In this document: positions 8,089-19,800 of the stretch, in pieces
Numbering within the stretch: the stretch's first letter is position 1
Layout of the letters: every line of letters begins with the position of its first letter
Assembly: GCA_043813445.1 (NCBI GenBank)
Contig: JBDRLD010000028.1
Coordinates: 1 to 39,667 of the forward strand
DNA length: 39,667 nt
Source of the DNA: Candidatus Uhrbacteria bacterium
GTDB taxonomy: Bacteria > Patescibacteriota > Patescibacteriia > JACPHY01
Direction of reading: 5' to 3'
Position numbers and translations under genes: made by a program
Notes under the pieces: generated by a model
The model's database searches: none
What the model was told of the DNA's origin: nothing
The model's input: only the letters and a program-made list of their open reading frames with translations

Positions 8089-10201
8089 TCAGCAGAAGGG
8101 GACATCGAGGCGATCGCTTATCGCCTCGGGGTTTGTGTTGGTGATGTTGCTTGCAGGGCTCCTCTCTCTGCCAATTGGGGCGCAGCGAGAACCAAATCAG
8201 CGTCCGCGACTCGCAAACCTTTTTCTCAAATGGCATCTTTCTGAAGAGGAGGCGCGTGACCTGGCGCGGTGGGATGTGGTAGTGCTCGGTATGGAGGTGG
8301 CGAAAAATACGCCGAAGCAATTTGCGCTCCTTAGGAAGCTCAATCCGGATGCGAAGCTCCTCGCGTACGTTACCGCACAGGAGATCCGACGTGACGCGGC
8401 CGTGCACCCACAGGCACCCCTTCGCCGTGTGCTCGCCGAACACATAGCACCGTCTTCGTATCTCCTTTCAACGACCGGTGAGCGTGTATTTTGGTGGCCG
8501 CAGACGTGGCTTCTCAACATGACGGATCCGGCGTGGACGGAGGCGCTCGCGTCTTTCGTCGCAACGGAAATCGCATCGGATGCGCGGTGGGACGGCGTGT
8601 ATTTCGATAATCTTTGGGGTGGTATTTCGTGGTTTGACCGAGCGGCAATCGATTTTGACAATAATGGTGCGGTGGAGTCTGCGGCGGAGCGGGATAAGCG
8701 ATGGGTGGCCGGAACGCGCACCCTGCTCGAGCGGACACGTGCGCTTGCTCGACCCGGGTTCCTCATCACTGGAAACGGGAGTCCCATCTACGCCGACCTC
8801 ACCAACGGTCTTCTTCTGGAGCACTTCCCAAACACGAATGAAGGCGGCTGGTCCGCATCCATGCGGGCATATAAATCTGTCCTTGAACGTGCGGTTGAGC
8901 CGGCACTTGCCATGTTGAATGTGAATACGGAAAACACCGGATCGTGGTGGGATTGGCGGCGCATGCGATTCGGCATCACCTCCGCGCTGCTCGGCGAAGG
9001 ATACTACAGTTTTGATTTTGGCGATCAGGAACACGCACAGCGATGGTGGTATGACGAATACAATGTCTCACTTGGTGAACCAAAGGGAGAACCGATGCGC
9101 GTCGATCTGATGCCGAGCGGAGAATATGACCCACTCTTTACGGTTGGCGTGTATAAGCGCGAGTATGAGCATGGCCTCGTTCTCGTTAATGCAACCGAAA
9201 CGGAACACCTCGTGACGTTTGATGAAGAATTCGAGCAGCTCCAGGGCACGCAGGATACAGCGAAGAATACCGGACGCATCGTATCTGAGGTGCTCATTGC
9301 GCCACAGGATGGTGCAATACTCCTTCGACCAATCGAGGGTGTTCGTGGGGCGCCGTTTGCGAATGGGGCATTCGCCCGCGTTTTCCATGGTGATGGAGTG
9401 GTTGCACGGAATGGTTTTTTCGCATACGACGGAGCATTCCAGGGCGGCGCAACCATCGAGTATAGTGATCTTGATCGCGATGGAGTAGAGGAATCGATCG
9501 TGGCGGATGGCGCGATGATTCGCGTCATCAGTGACGGACGAGAGGTGCGGAGTTTTGCGCCGTTCGGCGAAGAGTATCGTGGGGGACTCGACTTCGCGAT
9601 CGCTGATCTCGATGAGAATGGGACGTGGGAGATTGTGGTGGCTCAGCGCGATCGTGGGGGACTGATTGGTATTTTCAATCTCCTGGAGGGGCGCCTCCTC
9701 ACTCCGTTTATCGCACCGTTCGGTACTCGCTACGCGTCTGGGATGACTGTCGCCGTAGCCAGGAGAAGTGTGACCGGTCGGCCGAGCATCATTGTTGGCG
9801 CAGGCCGCGGCGCTCGTCCGGAGGTGCGAATGTTAGATTGGAGCGGTAAGGTAACTAAGGAGTCATTCCTCGCGTTCGATGCGAAGTTCTCTGGTGGTGT
9901 GCGTGTCGCCGCTGGAGATCTTGATCATGATTCCGTTGATGAAATTGTTGTCGGCGCAGGTCCCGGCGGTGGGCCACATGTTCGCGTTTTTGGAGGGACA
10001 CAGATGGCGGACGGATTGGATACCGATGGCACGGGGATCACGAACACCGGCTCGACATTTCGACTCCTCGGTCAGTTCTTCGCCTTTGACGCTGACCGTC
10101 GCGGAGGGGTTGATGTTGCCGTTGTGGATCTTGACGGCGATGGGCGAGGAGAAATACTAGGCATGAGCACATACGTTTTCACGGTCGCGTCGTCGCAGTA
10201 G
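8066..10201 (+). CDS. Secreted putative glycoside hydrolase (TIM-barrel, GHL15/GH114-like) with C-terminal FG-GAP-like repeats
   Basis: N-terminal hydrophobic segment; WDGVYFDN, D.DNNG and LLLEHFP; repeats such as GDLDHDSVDEIVVGAGPGGGPHVRVF. The start is uncertain (8066-8144). Confidence 0.78.
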   Translation: MHHCSANNQQKGTSRRSLIASGFVLVMLLAGLLSLPIGAQREPNQRPRLANLFLKWHLSEEEARDLARWDVVVLGMEVAKNTPKQFALLRKLNPDAKLLAYVTAQEIRRDAAVHPQAPLRRVLAEHIAPSSYLLSTTGERVFWWPQTWLLNMTDPAWTEALASFVATEIASDARWDGVYFDNLWGGISWFDRAAIDFDNNGAVESAAERDKRWVAGTRTLLERTRALARPGFLITGNGSPIYADLTNGLLLEHFPNTNEGGWSASMRAYKSVLERAVEPALAMLNVNTENTGSWWDWRRMRFGITSALLGEGYYSFDFGDQEHAQRWWYDEYNVSLGEPKGEPMRVDLMPSGEYDPLFTVGVYKREYEHGLVLVNATETEHLVTFDEEFEQLQGTQDTAKNTGRIVSEVLIAPQDGAILLRPIEGVRGAPFANGAFARVFHGDGVVARNGFFAYDGAFQGGATIEYSDLDRDGVEESIVADGAMIRVISDGREVRSFAPFGEEYRGGLDFAIADLDENGTWEIVVAQRDRGGLIGIFNLLEGRLLTPFIAPFGTRYASGMTVAVARRSVTGRPSIIVGAGRGARPEVRMLDWSGKVTKESFLAFDAKFSGGVRVAAGDLDHDSVDEIVVGAGPGGGPHVRVFGGTQMADGLDTDGTGITNTGSTFRLLGQFFAFDADRRGGVDVAVVDLDGDGRGEILGMSTYVFTVASSQ

Positions 10202-10207
10202 CGCATA

Positions 10208-12094
10208 ATGTATATGGAAGTACCACAACAAACTCCGGAAGAACAAGACGTCACACTGCGCAGCACAGGTTCTCGTAACCGACTTCCACCAATCGTTGCG
10301 AAGACGACGAATATTTTTGTCGGTGGCGCGAAGGGTGTGCATCGCACGGTCGCACATCCAATTCGACGTCGGTACGATCGGCACTATCATCCGCGCCGTC
10401 CGCACGGACGGAAACACCTCATTGCCGACCTTTGTTTTGTCGCGGCCATCGCTGCGCTTATTGGTTTGAACGCGTATTTACTCATTGCGCAACCAAATAT
10501 TTTCTCGAAGGTACAGCTGTCTTTGGAGGTGCCGAGCTCGGTTCAGCTCGGTGCGGCATTCGAGGTAAAGATTGCATATTCGTACGATGGAGATGAACTA
10601 TTAAGCGACGTCACTATCGCACTTCAAGCGGATCGGCTATCAATTCTTTCGGTTGAACCCGGAACGTTTGATAAACGAACGAATACGATTGCACTTCCGG
10701 GAACAATTGCACCGGGAGCATCCGGAACCGTTTCATTTCGCGCAGTGACGAATGCCCCAATGGAATCCGATGTGCAAATCCGAGGGACGTTTCACGGTGT
10801 TGGCGCGACGAGATCAGAGCGGCGCGTGATCGATACGAGTATTCGCGTACAGGGTATTGCGATGAGTCTCGTATTCGAAGCGCCGGATATTATTCCCGCA
10901 CACGGTTTCGCGAAGCTTGCGTATCAAGTCTCCTCACGGTTTGAGCAACCACTTTGGCCAATCACAATTGTCCCTGAAGCATCCGGAATGACACTCAGCA
11001 ATGCAGAGGCCGAAACGTACACGCACACCGAGGATTCAGTGAGTACGTGGCACGATATCCATGTACGTACATCCGATTCCGGCACGTTCCCGCTGCGGTT
11101 CCGCATTGAGCGTGGAGCGCGAGATGATTCGCCGCGTGAGCTGCTCGGCGTGCTCACTCATGACGTGATTGTGCGTGATGTGCCGATAACAGTCTCACTG
11201 GAAGTCGGAACACCGTCGGCACCGGTCGAGCATGTCGCACTTGGTGTTGAATTCCCAGTGACGGTACATGTTGGCATGAATGCAGGTTCGGCCGGTATTC
11301 TCATTGATCCTTTTGTTGATATTATGCTTGATGGTCCGTTAGCGGCATCATCTTTTTCACGCAACGGTGATGGGTTGATCAGTCCGAGAGGTCCTCGATG
11401 GCTTGCTCCATCCGGTGAGGTTGGAGGAGTGCTAAGCTACGAGGCAAGTATTATTGTTCCATCAACAGTGGATGTAGAGCGATTTTCGGATGATGTTGCG
11501 TTTCAATACGTGCTAACCCCGCGTTTCGTTATCGACGCGAATTCGGTGAGCGGAATCGAACATGCGGGGATCGTGGGAGAGTCGGTGGTTATTCCTATTG
11601 TTGGCGAGCTTCGACTCGTTTCGTATGCGCGGTACTTTACGCAGGAGGGTGACCAGATCGGTCGCGGGCCGCTTCCGCCGCGTGTTGGTGCCACGACGAG
11701 CTACTGGGTGACATGGGACGTGCGGAGTGTGCTACAGGATGCGCAGCAGATTGTTGTGCGCGCGCAGCTTCCGGAAGGCGTGGAGTGGACAGGACGGGTT
11801 GCCGCAACCGCGGGTCATCGTGTCGAGTTCAATCCTACGACGCGCTCAATTACGTGGGTGGTAGATACACTCGATCAAACGGTTGGTAAGACGTTCCCAT
11901 CTGCCAGTGCATCGTTTGAGCTTGCGCTTACGCCGAGCGCGGAGCAGGTTGGTGTCAGTGCACTACTTCTTGATCATGCACAGGCGCAATATTCCGATTC
12001 TGTCGGAGACCGTTCTACTGTTGAAGCCCCGGCGGTTACCACGAACCTCCTCCTTGATTCGCACGCTAGGGGAATGGGGAGTGTACGAGATTAG
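10208..12094 (+). CDS. Single-TM membrane-anchored protein with Ig-like (DUF11-like) extracellular domains
   Basis: TM near residues 72-95; beta-rich remainder with a GPLPPRVG.TTSYWVTW motif. Confidence 0.8.
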   Translation: MYMEVPQQTPEEQDVTLRSTGSRNRLPPIVAKTTNIFVGGAKGVHRTVAHPIRRRYDRHYHPRRPHGRKHLIADLCFVAAIAALIGLNAYLLIAQPNIFSKVQLSLEVPSSVQLGAAFEVKIAYSYDGDELLSDVTIALQADRLSILSVEPGTFDKRTNTIALPGTIAPGASGTVSFRAVTNAPMESDVQIRGTFHGVGATRSERRVIDTSIRVQGIAMSLVFEAPDIIPAHGFAKLAYQVSSRFEQPLWPITIVPEASGMTLSNAEAETYTHTEDSVSTWHDIHVRTSDSGTFPLRFRIERGARDDSPRELLGVLTHDVIVRDVPITVSLEVGTPSAPVEHVALGVEFPVTVHVGMNAGSAGILIDPFVDIMLDGPLAASSFSRNGDGLISPRGPRWLAPSGEVGGVLSYEASIIVPSTVDVERFSDDVAFQYVLTPRFVIDANSVSGIEHAGIVGESVVIPIVGELRLVSYARYFTQEGDQIGRGPLPPRVGATTSYWVTWDVRSVLQDAQQIVVRAQLPEGVEWTGRVAATAGHRVEFNPTTRSITWVVDTLDQTVGKTFPSASASFELALTPSAEQVGVSALLLDHAQAQYSDSVGDRSTVEAPAVTTNLLLDSHARGMGSVRD

Positions 12095-12107
12095 ATAAAA
12101 ATCACTT

Positions 12108-12246
12108 GAGACTGTAGCAAAAGGGGGTAAATCTTCCCCATCCTGTCATTTCGACGAGCCGCGAGGAGAAATCCCACACGTTTCACTGTATTGGAGCGGG
12201 TGAGATTTTTCCCTTCGGTCGAAATGACACATTTTGCTACAGTCTC
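12108..12246. mobile_element. 139-bp MITE with 15-bp perfect TIRs and a 5-bp target-site duplication
   Basis: GAGACTGTAGCAAAA (12108-12122) and TTTTGCTACAGTCTC (12232-12246); CACTT flanks both sides; internal GTCATTTCGAC palindrome. Confidence 0.85.
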
Positions 12247-12309
12247 CACTTAGAACATAAGCGGGTTCAATCGGCTCGCTTTTGTTTTTGTTAAGCGACT
12301 ATTTCACCC

Positions 12310-12338
12310 TTGACTTCTGGGCGTTTCTGTGCTAATGT
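12310..12338 (+). promoter_or_regulatory. Putative sigma70 promoter
   Basis: TTGACT-17 nt-TAATGT with a TG extension, upstream of the ATG at 12365. Confidence 0.55.
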
Positions 12339-12364
12339 GATACGAATACGATGAGAACAATGAT

Positions 12365-13570
12365 ATGCGTATCGCAATGATCGGAGGCAAGGGTGCGCCA
12401 GCCGCCATTGGCGGTGTTGAGCGACACATAGAGGAACTCGGTGCCCGCCTCGTGGCGGGTGGGTTCGATGTGCTTGTCTACGCGCGCCCGTGGTACGTAC
12501 AGCGTCGCGCTGGGACAGAGCGAAAGCATCGCGGTATGCGTGTGATCGTGCTTGCATCTATCGCCACGAAGCACCTTGACGCAATCACTCATACATTCCT
12601 CTCTACGCTTCACGCGATGCGTGAACGTGTTGATATCTATCATTTCCACGGCGTTGGACCATCGCTACTCGCATGGCTCCCGCGGTTGTTCCGTCCGCAC
12701 GCGCGGGTTATCGCAACATTCCATTGTGTCGATCGAAAGCACGCGAAGTGGGGATGGTTTGCACGCGAGGTACTCGCGTTTGGTGAATGGGCGGCGTGTC
12801 GGTTCCCACATGAGACGATTGCGGTTGGAATGACACTCCAGACATATTGTCTTAATCGTTATAAGCGGGAGACGACGTATATTCCGAACGGTATTCAACG
12901 CGTCCCTGATTCGGCGCGTAGCCCGGAGGCGGTTGCGGATCTTGCGCGATTTGGTCTCACGTCAAAGCGATATCTCCTGGTGGTCTCGCGGCTTGTCGAG
13001 CACAAGGAGGTGCACACGGTTATTGACGCGTTCCGCACGATGCAGTGTGAGTATCCGGAGTATGCCGACCTACAGCTCGCGATTGTTGGGTCGCCGGCAT
13101 TTACTGACGCGTACGGTGATGAGCTTCGCTTCTGCGCTGCTGGGAATTCGAATATTCGTTTCCTTGGCCAGCGATCCGGAGCGGTACTCGACGCACTCTT
13201 TGCAAACTGTCTCGCGTTTGTGCACGCTTCTCGAAGTGAGGGGCTTCCGATCGTTGTTTTGGAGGCGGGTGCGGCAGGTGTTGTACCTATTGTGTCCGAT
13301 ATTCCGGAACACCGAGAGGTGGTTGCGCAGACCGGTGGTATACTCTTCCAGACCGGAAATCCGTGGGACTGCGCGACGAAGCTCGCAGTGACACTTCGCA
13401 ATCCCGACGTGCTTAACCGTATCGGTGCGGAGATTCAGGCGGCGTGCGTACGTACCTATAACTGGGAAGGTGTGACTGCTCAAACCGCAGGGCGGTACCA
13501 GTCTCTAATCGCCGAAGTCCTAGTGCGCGAGCGGCCAACAGCTCGGCCATGGGCACGGGTTGTGGTGTAA
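12365..13570 (+). CDS. Glycosyltransferase family 4
   Basis: MRIAMIG.KG.PA..GGVE, YIPNG, VSRLV.HK and EGLPIVVLEA motifs. Confidence 0.93.
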   Translation: MRIAMIGGKGAPAAIGGVERHIEELGARLVAGGFDVLVYARPWYVQRRAGTERKHRGMRVIVLASIATKHLDAITHTFLSTLHAMRERVDIYHFHGVGPSLLAWLPRLFRPHARVIATFHCVDRKHAKWGWFAREVLAFGEWAACRFPHETIAVGMTLQTYCLNRYKRETTYIPNGIQRVPDSARSPEAVADLARFGLTSKRYLLVVSRLVEHKEVHTVIDAFRTMQCEYPEYADLQLAIVGSPAFTDAYGDELRFCAAGNSNIRFLGQRSGAVLDALFANCLAFVHASRSEGLPIVVLEAGAAGVVPIVSDIPEHREVVAQTGGILFQTGNPWDCATKLAVTLRNPDVLNRIGAEIQAACVRTYNWEGVTAQTAGRYQSLIAEVLVRERPTARPWARVVV

Positions 13571-13586
13571 TCACATACGAAGTAAT

Positions 13587-13624
13587 AATCCACCCACCTC
13601 GCAAGAGGTGGGTGGATTGATTTT
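13587..13624 (+). terminator. Intrinsic terminator
   Basis: AATCCACCCACCTC-GCAA-GAGGTGGGTGGATT followed by a T tract. Confidence 0.75.
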
Positions 13625-13650
13625 GTTCCGCTTACTCCGCCTCCACGCGG

Positions 13651-13748
13651 CGCGGGCGGCCATGGAAGACCGCCCCTACTTCGCACACCACCCCCTCCCT
13701 CTCCCCCTCCAAACAGGAGGGGGAGAGTCAGAGAAGGCCGCCCCTACG
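13651..13748. repeat. Partial GTAG-type REPs flanking a CCCCCTCC...GGAGGGGGAG palindrome
   Basis: CGGGCGGCCATGGAAGACCGCCCCTAC; CTCTCCCCCTCC-AAACA-GGAGGGGGAGAG; GAAGGCCGCCCCTACG. Confidence 0.7.
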
Positions 13749-13771
13749 TGAGGAGGGTCACAAGTAACACC

Positions 13772-13802
13772 AAACCCACCCCGCAGTGCGGGGTGGGTTT
13801 TT
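13772..13802. terminator. Terminator hairpin downstream of the 2345-aa gene
   Basis: AAACCCACCCCGCA-G-TGCGGGGTGGGTTT. Confidence 0.75.
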
Positions 13803-13815
13803 GTCGCGTGGCGCG

Positions 13816-16800
13816 TTAGTTTGACGCGAATCGGAGCATCGTTCCGGAGGTGAGCGCATCACCGTCCGTGTATCCGACGCTCGCAGGAGTGCGTACCCAT
13901 CGATCCTGGAAGTGCTGTGCCGTGAAGACGTCCGCGGTCACGAGTCGCTTCATACCATTCTCGACGTAGTATGTATTCCCGTTTGTCTTCACGAGGGTTC
14001 CGGACGGATGGACATTAAGTCCCAGCGGAGCGCCGCTCGTGTACGCTACCCAGAAGGAGACAGGAACATCCGTAATCTGCTTGTTCCAGGTAGATCCGTA
14101 CAGCGCAATCGCTCGGGCTTCGGTTTCCACCCAGCGGAGAGCGCCGCCCGGTTCCACCGCGTACACCTTCGGATCGGATTCGATCTTCACGAGCCATGTG
14201 CCCGGTCGGATTGTGACGATTCCACCAAGCGGGAGCGCTGCCAGCTCCGCGTCGCTGATCGACTTAGTACCGGTGAAGTCTGCGAACCAGCTCTTGTATG
14301 TCACTTCATTTGGATAGACATACCGTTTGCCATCCGCGCCCACCAGGTACATCGCAGTCGAGGTAGAGGACTTCACACGATCACCCGCAACCACATTGGC
14401 TGGAAGGGTTGTCGTCGTGGTCGTAGTAGTTGTTGAATCCGCTGGCGCGTCCACAGGAGTCGAGGATGGGGCACCTGCTGTTGGCGCCGCTCCCGCTGCC
14501 GGTGTCGTCACCGCTACCGCGTCTGAGTTCCTCGTATTCCCTGCATTGTCCTTGGAGCGGACGATATACGTGTACTGCGTGAGCGCACTCACGGTATTGT
14601 CCACGAATGTCTGTACTCCCTTCAGGATTGTCCCAATGGACGTACCTGACACCGCAGTGGATGGCGGGAGGTTGCGGAGAATCTCAACGAGCGTATAGCC
14701 CGCGCTGGTTGGATCGGTCCAAGACAGCGTTACCGCGCTCGACGTTGCCTCTGCGGTGAGACCCGATACCGGATCCACTGCACCACCGGCAACCGCAGAG
14801 CCGGAGGACACCGAAGCTCGGGAGTATGCGACGACGAAGCTCGTAAAGTGGTCCGTGAGACCGGTTACGGTGTTATTCTCGGTGTCAATACTGACACCGC
14901 CTTCACAAGGACGGATCTTACCGGTATCAGGGTCTACATACATGAGCTGCAGCTCAGACTCAGTTACACCAGATGGAAGCGTGGTTGGGTCGTACACTAC
15001 CGAAGTCTGAGCATTACCGCTCAGCTCCCTAATTGTTGTCGTGTTTCCGTTTGAGTCGATATCCGTCGCCAGTACCGTGTACGTTATCCCTTCCAGTGCC
15101 GCGAAGAATTCATCTTTCGGTGCTGTGTAGTCTTTCGTGAGCGCCACCTCCACGTTATTGCCGGTGGTGTTGAGCACGCCTGACTGCGCGGTCACTTTTA
15201 TGTCACTGTTCCCGGAATCATCAAAGCTCGCCGCTCCACCAGCATCCATGACTTTGCTCTTTGTCTTCGGCTGCTTGGTGGTTGATGATGCTGTGAGCGT
15301 GATATTTTTGCCTGTATCCGCAGTCCCGTCGGACGTATCCACGGTTGCGCTGTAGTCTGTCGCGTTGTGTCGTGGTCCTGCGGCGGTGATCGTCCACACA
15401 CCAGAGGTAACCGACAGCGTGTAGGCACCAGTTACTGGATCAACAGTAGTGCTAACGACTTGGCCTACACTATTCTCAGCGGAGACCGCCGCATTCGTCA
15501 TCGGCGTGGTGCCGTTAGACTCGTACACCGTACCGGTGATCGTCTTGCTGGATGCAGTTAGAGCACTTTGATCCGGATTGGCACCACCGAAGTCGTAGTC
15601 CGCCGTATTTGCTGCCAGTACTGCGGTCTGTGCCGCTTGACCTGGAACATATCCAGAACGTGCGACTCCAACTGTGTACGTGCCTGGACCCACATTGATG
15701 CTGTATGTACCGCCAGTCCCTGTCTTCACGGTGCGGTGAATGTTGAGCGTATCACTGTCAACGCTTACAACCGCGTTCGTCAGTGCCGTGTCCCCGCTAT
15801 CGTAGATTGTTCCGCTCAGTGTGATGAGCGATTTATCACTTAGGTCGATTGTCACCGTACTTCCGGTCGCAACCGAACCGTTGTACTTGCCGACACCGGG
15901 AATATCCACGAAGTAGTTATACGTCCCCTCAGGCACGCTCGCGGTAAGGTTATTCACGGTGTCGCTGAAGGTCTTGCTGCTACCAGTGAAGCGATCGTTG
16001 GATTTCTTCAAATCGTAGAATCCCTTCATGCTCGCCGAACCTCCGGTGAACGCAATAGTGATCGTGCCGAGCGTTCCGGAGTTAAGGTGCGCTGTTGTGT
16101 TGTTCGCACCATTCACCGTTGCGGTGGTGGTGATCTCTCCATAGTCCGGATGGAATGTATTCACTCGGTAGGTGCCATTGCCCATACTTACCGTGTACAG
16201 TCCACTGGAATTGGTCATTGCCTGGCGGAAGAAGCCACCTGCCGGCTGGTCGTTCACCGTGTCCCATTCCTCAACGAACACCGGAGTGCTTGACTGCGTG
16301 CTTCCACCGATTGTGACCGTACCGCTTAATGTGTAACACGTTGAGCTTGTCGGCGTGATATTTTGACTCGCCGAGCTAGCGGTAGTGATGGTCACGGTTT
16401 TCGTGAATGTCCCGCAGGTTGTGGTTTTATCCGGAGGGAGCGAGGCGGTGATTACCCATGTGCCAGCGTCAACCCAGAGCGTGTAGCTTCCATCACTCTC
16501 GGTCATGCCCCGCACTACCTGTCCGGTTGTGGATTCGCGGCCCCAGATTGACGTGTAGGCGACCGCGTTACCATTGGTGGTAGCATCGAGCACTTTTCCG
16601 GAAATGGAGTAAGACGGCTTGGAGAGTTTCATTGGTACGGTTGCTACCGTTGCTCCGGCGACAGTGATGCCACCCGATTGCACATCCGCCTGTTTGGATG
16701 TTTCTCCGACGCCCGGCTTAAATGCACCAATTTCGTACGAACCGTACGCCGCGACTCGAAGCGTACACGTCCCAAGCGCGTTCGTCCGGCAGTTTGATGG

Positions 16801-19800
16801 CATCCCGAATCCCTGTGCGTGAGCGAACACGTCGATCGCTGCGAGCGCGTTGGTTCCATCCGTAACCGACACCGGAATCGTGATGTTATTCGTCTGGAGT
16901 GTGAATGTGACGGTGTCTGTCGAATTGTTGAACGTGACATTTTGTGGCGATATGAATCCGCCAGCGCTAACCGACGCACCGCTCACGTTCACGTCAAGCT
17001 GAATCGGTGGTGGCGGTACGGCTCCGAATGTGTCCATGTCTGCCTTCCCCCCAGTCTTCGACATTGCGGGTCCGATTCCGACGTGCCACATTCCGCTGGC
17101 CGGAAGCTGGAGCGTTGCGGTGGAAGTCGGCGAGCTGATGGTTTTTCGGACAAAGCGACCAGGACCACCGGCGAAGACATCGAGATCACCAGTGTATGTA
17201 CCGGAGATTGCAATATTCACTGGAACGGATGCACCCTCAGCAGCCGAAGAGGTGAGTACAATATTCTGTGTCGCATTTGGTGCGCCACTATTCACGCAGA
17301 TCTGTTCCGGTCGGTCCTTTCCGAAGTAGTCAGTGCCACCGAGTGTGACTACGGGTTCGGTACCGACGAAGTAGCAGCCGTCTGGAAGACTGGAATAGAC
17401 GATACTCGAGGCGACGCTTCCATCAACCTGCGAGATGATACCTGAAGCGAGTGTCACATCACGATCCATCGGTCCGGCAGGCCCTCCGCCGAACACGTAG
17501 ATGCTACCGCCAACATCAGTTGGACTCACTTGGCTGCCTGCGAAGATGTTCACGGTAATGCTATTGCTCCCGCCCTCCATGATGTAGAACGGCATTGCCG
17601 TGAGGTTGGTCAGCACCGCTCCTGCGCGAATGTGCTTCACTCCGATCGTGTATCCGCCGGAACTTGGATCCTTTGGAACGTTCGGGTTCGTGATCTTACG
17701 AAGATCGATCGTGAAGAAGTCGTTCGTAGTTGGTGTACCTCCGGACACGGCAAGCTGTACTGTGACTGTCCGAGCGGCTGCATCCACTGCAATGCCGTCT
17801 CCACCATACGCAGTATCGAATGTCACTGTGCCGGCGCCCCGTTCGTTGAAGTCGCTGTAGAAAGGTGAGTAGGTATCCGGTACGGTGCTTGCGATCGTCA
17901 TGCCGTTCGGGAACGTGAGTTGGAATTGGTCGTCATTCTGTATCGCGTTTGCGCCCAACTGCGATCCCGGAATACGCACCTGGAATACGTTGACGTCTTG
18001 GCCGGCAGTGCTGCTGAACGGGAATGCCTGCACCGCACCACCGAAGGAGAAGTCATCAGCGGTAAAGTTGCCAAAGCCACCTGTTGAACCCATGTCCATA
18101 TGGCCGCCGGCAGCACCTCCGAATGCCGATCCGCCCTCCATGGCAAACATGCCTTGTTGTGGTGGAGGATACATGCCACCGCCACCAAAGTTGCCATACG
18201 TGGTTGCGCTGTCCTCGACGTAGCCGTCGTATTGACGCGCCGCTCCCGCACCAATGTTATTTCCGGAGAGATCGGTGACGTTTTTTGCGGTAGTGACCGC
18301 CACGCGGTAGTTGTCGCCTGCGGCAAGGCCCGCCACACCTTCGATCGTTACTGATCGGTCACTCACGTTGTAGCTTGCCTGCTTACCATCAATGTTCAAT
18401 ATGGTGCTCGGTAGTCTGGTAATAGTCCAAACGTTCGTGTCGGCTTCAAGATTCATGACGCTCGTTGCCCAGCTGGTGACTCCAGCGGTTTTCGCATCGT
18501 GGTTCATCGGCTCGTCGAAGAAGATGGTACATCGAGAGTCATCACATCGCGCTTCCCGAATTGCCGGTGCTGTGGAGTCCACCGAGCCCGTAGTGAAGGT
18601 GTATGTGGTAGCAGCGATCGGAACTCCGGCGAGGTCGGTAACACCCGTGCCGAATTGCGTGGTGTACTTCACGCCTGGAGCGAGAACTTGATTCGGGATG
18701 ATGAAGACACTATTTTCGCCCGGTTCGTACTTGATCGTTGCGGTCACTGTAGAGCTTCCGCGCTTCAGCTTGATATTCGTGCCTGTCACGGTAGCAGGAT
18801 CGATCTGTTCCGAGAAACCATACTCGAGGATTTCGTTGACAGCCACACCGGTCGCATCATTACTGATCATCGGGAAGATGCTCGGCGCCGTCGCGTCGTT
18901 GGAACCAGTAACAGTAAAGTCTACTGAAAATGCAGTTTCACCTTCGTAAGTGGTTGTGTTGCGCATTGGTACACCCCTACCGCTCGCGACAGCAGCAAGT
19001 ATATCAATACTATAGTTACCGGCAGTGAGGGTCGTTGATGGGGTGATCGTAACCGTTGTGCGATCGCTCGAGATGCTCAACGTTGTCTGCACTGCACTAT
19101 CTTTGGTGAGCAGAATATTCGACGTTGTGAGCGTGCTCGTATCCATCGCCTCGTTGAACACGACAAGCAATTTTCTATTTGGCAGCGTATTCGCGCCAGC
19201 TGCCGGTGTCGATGATATGACATACGGAGGCATATACTCACCTCCGGTACCAAAGTTTCCGCCGATATCATTTGCGAAGTTCGAGAAGTTTGCGCTGCTC
19301 GCGCCAAAGTTGAGCTCGAAGTTCCCGTTACCTCGATTACCCTGAATTGCCAAGCCGGTTGTGTTCGAGACAACCCCGCTCGTGATGACGAGCGTGTATT
19401 GAGTCCCGGCCGTAAGACTGGCGTTCGGGTTGAAGACGACAGCATTCGTTATGTCCCCCAATGACGAGCAGCCGGTTCCGCTTGAGGTTGCACACCATGT
19501 GACGCTTCCCGCGATCTTCGTGGTGCCGTCGTCGGTCGTAAGGTAGATTTTATCGGACGCACCGGTTGCATCACCATCATTCACGGTTCCCGGATTAAGC
19601 GCTTGACTAAAACCAACAACGATGTCATCAGTCAGTGGTGCTCGAGTATCTCCTTGATAGGGTATGGTGGGCCCTACCATCGGTCCATCGTTACCACCAC
19701 CACCGCCACACGACGACGCGAATCCCATGTCACCGGAAGTTGCTAATAGGGCACTCACTGTTTGATTTGCCCCGTTGATGGTCACCCTGCGTGACACTGG

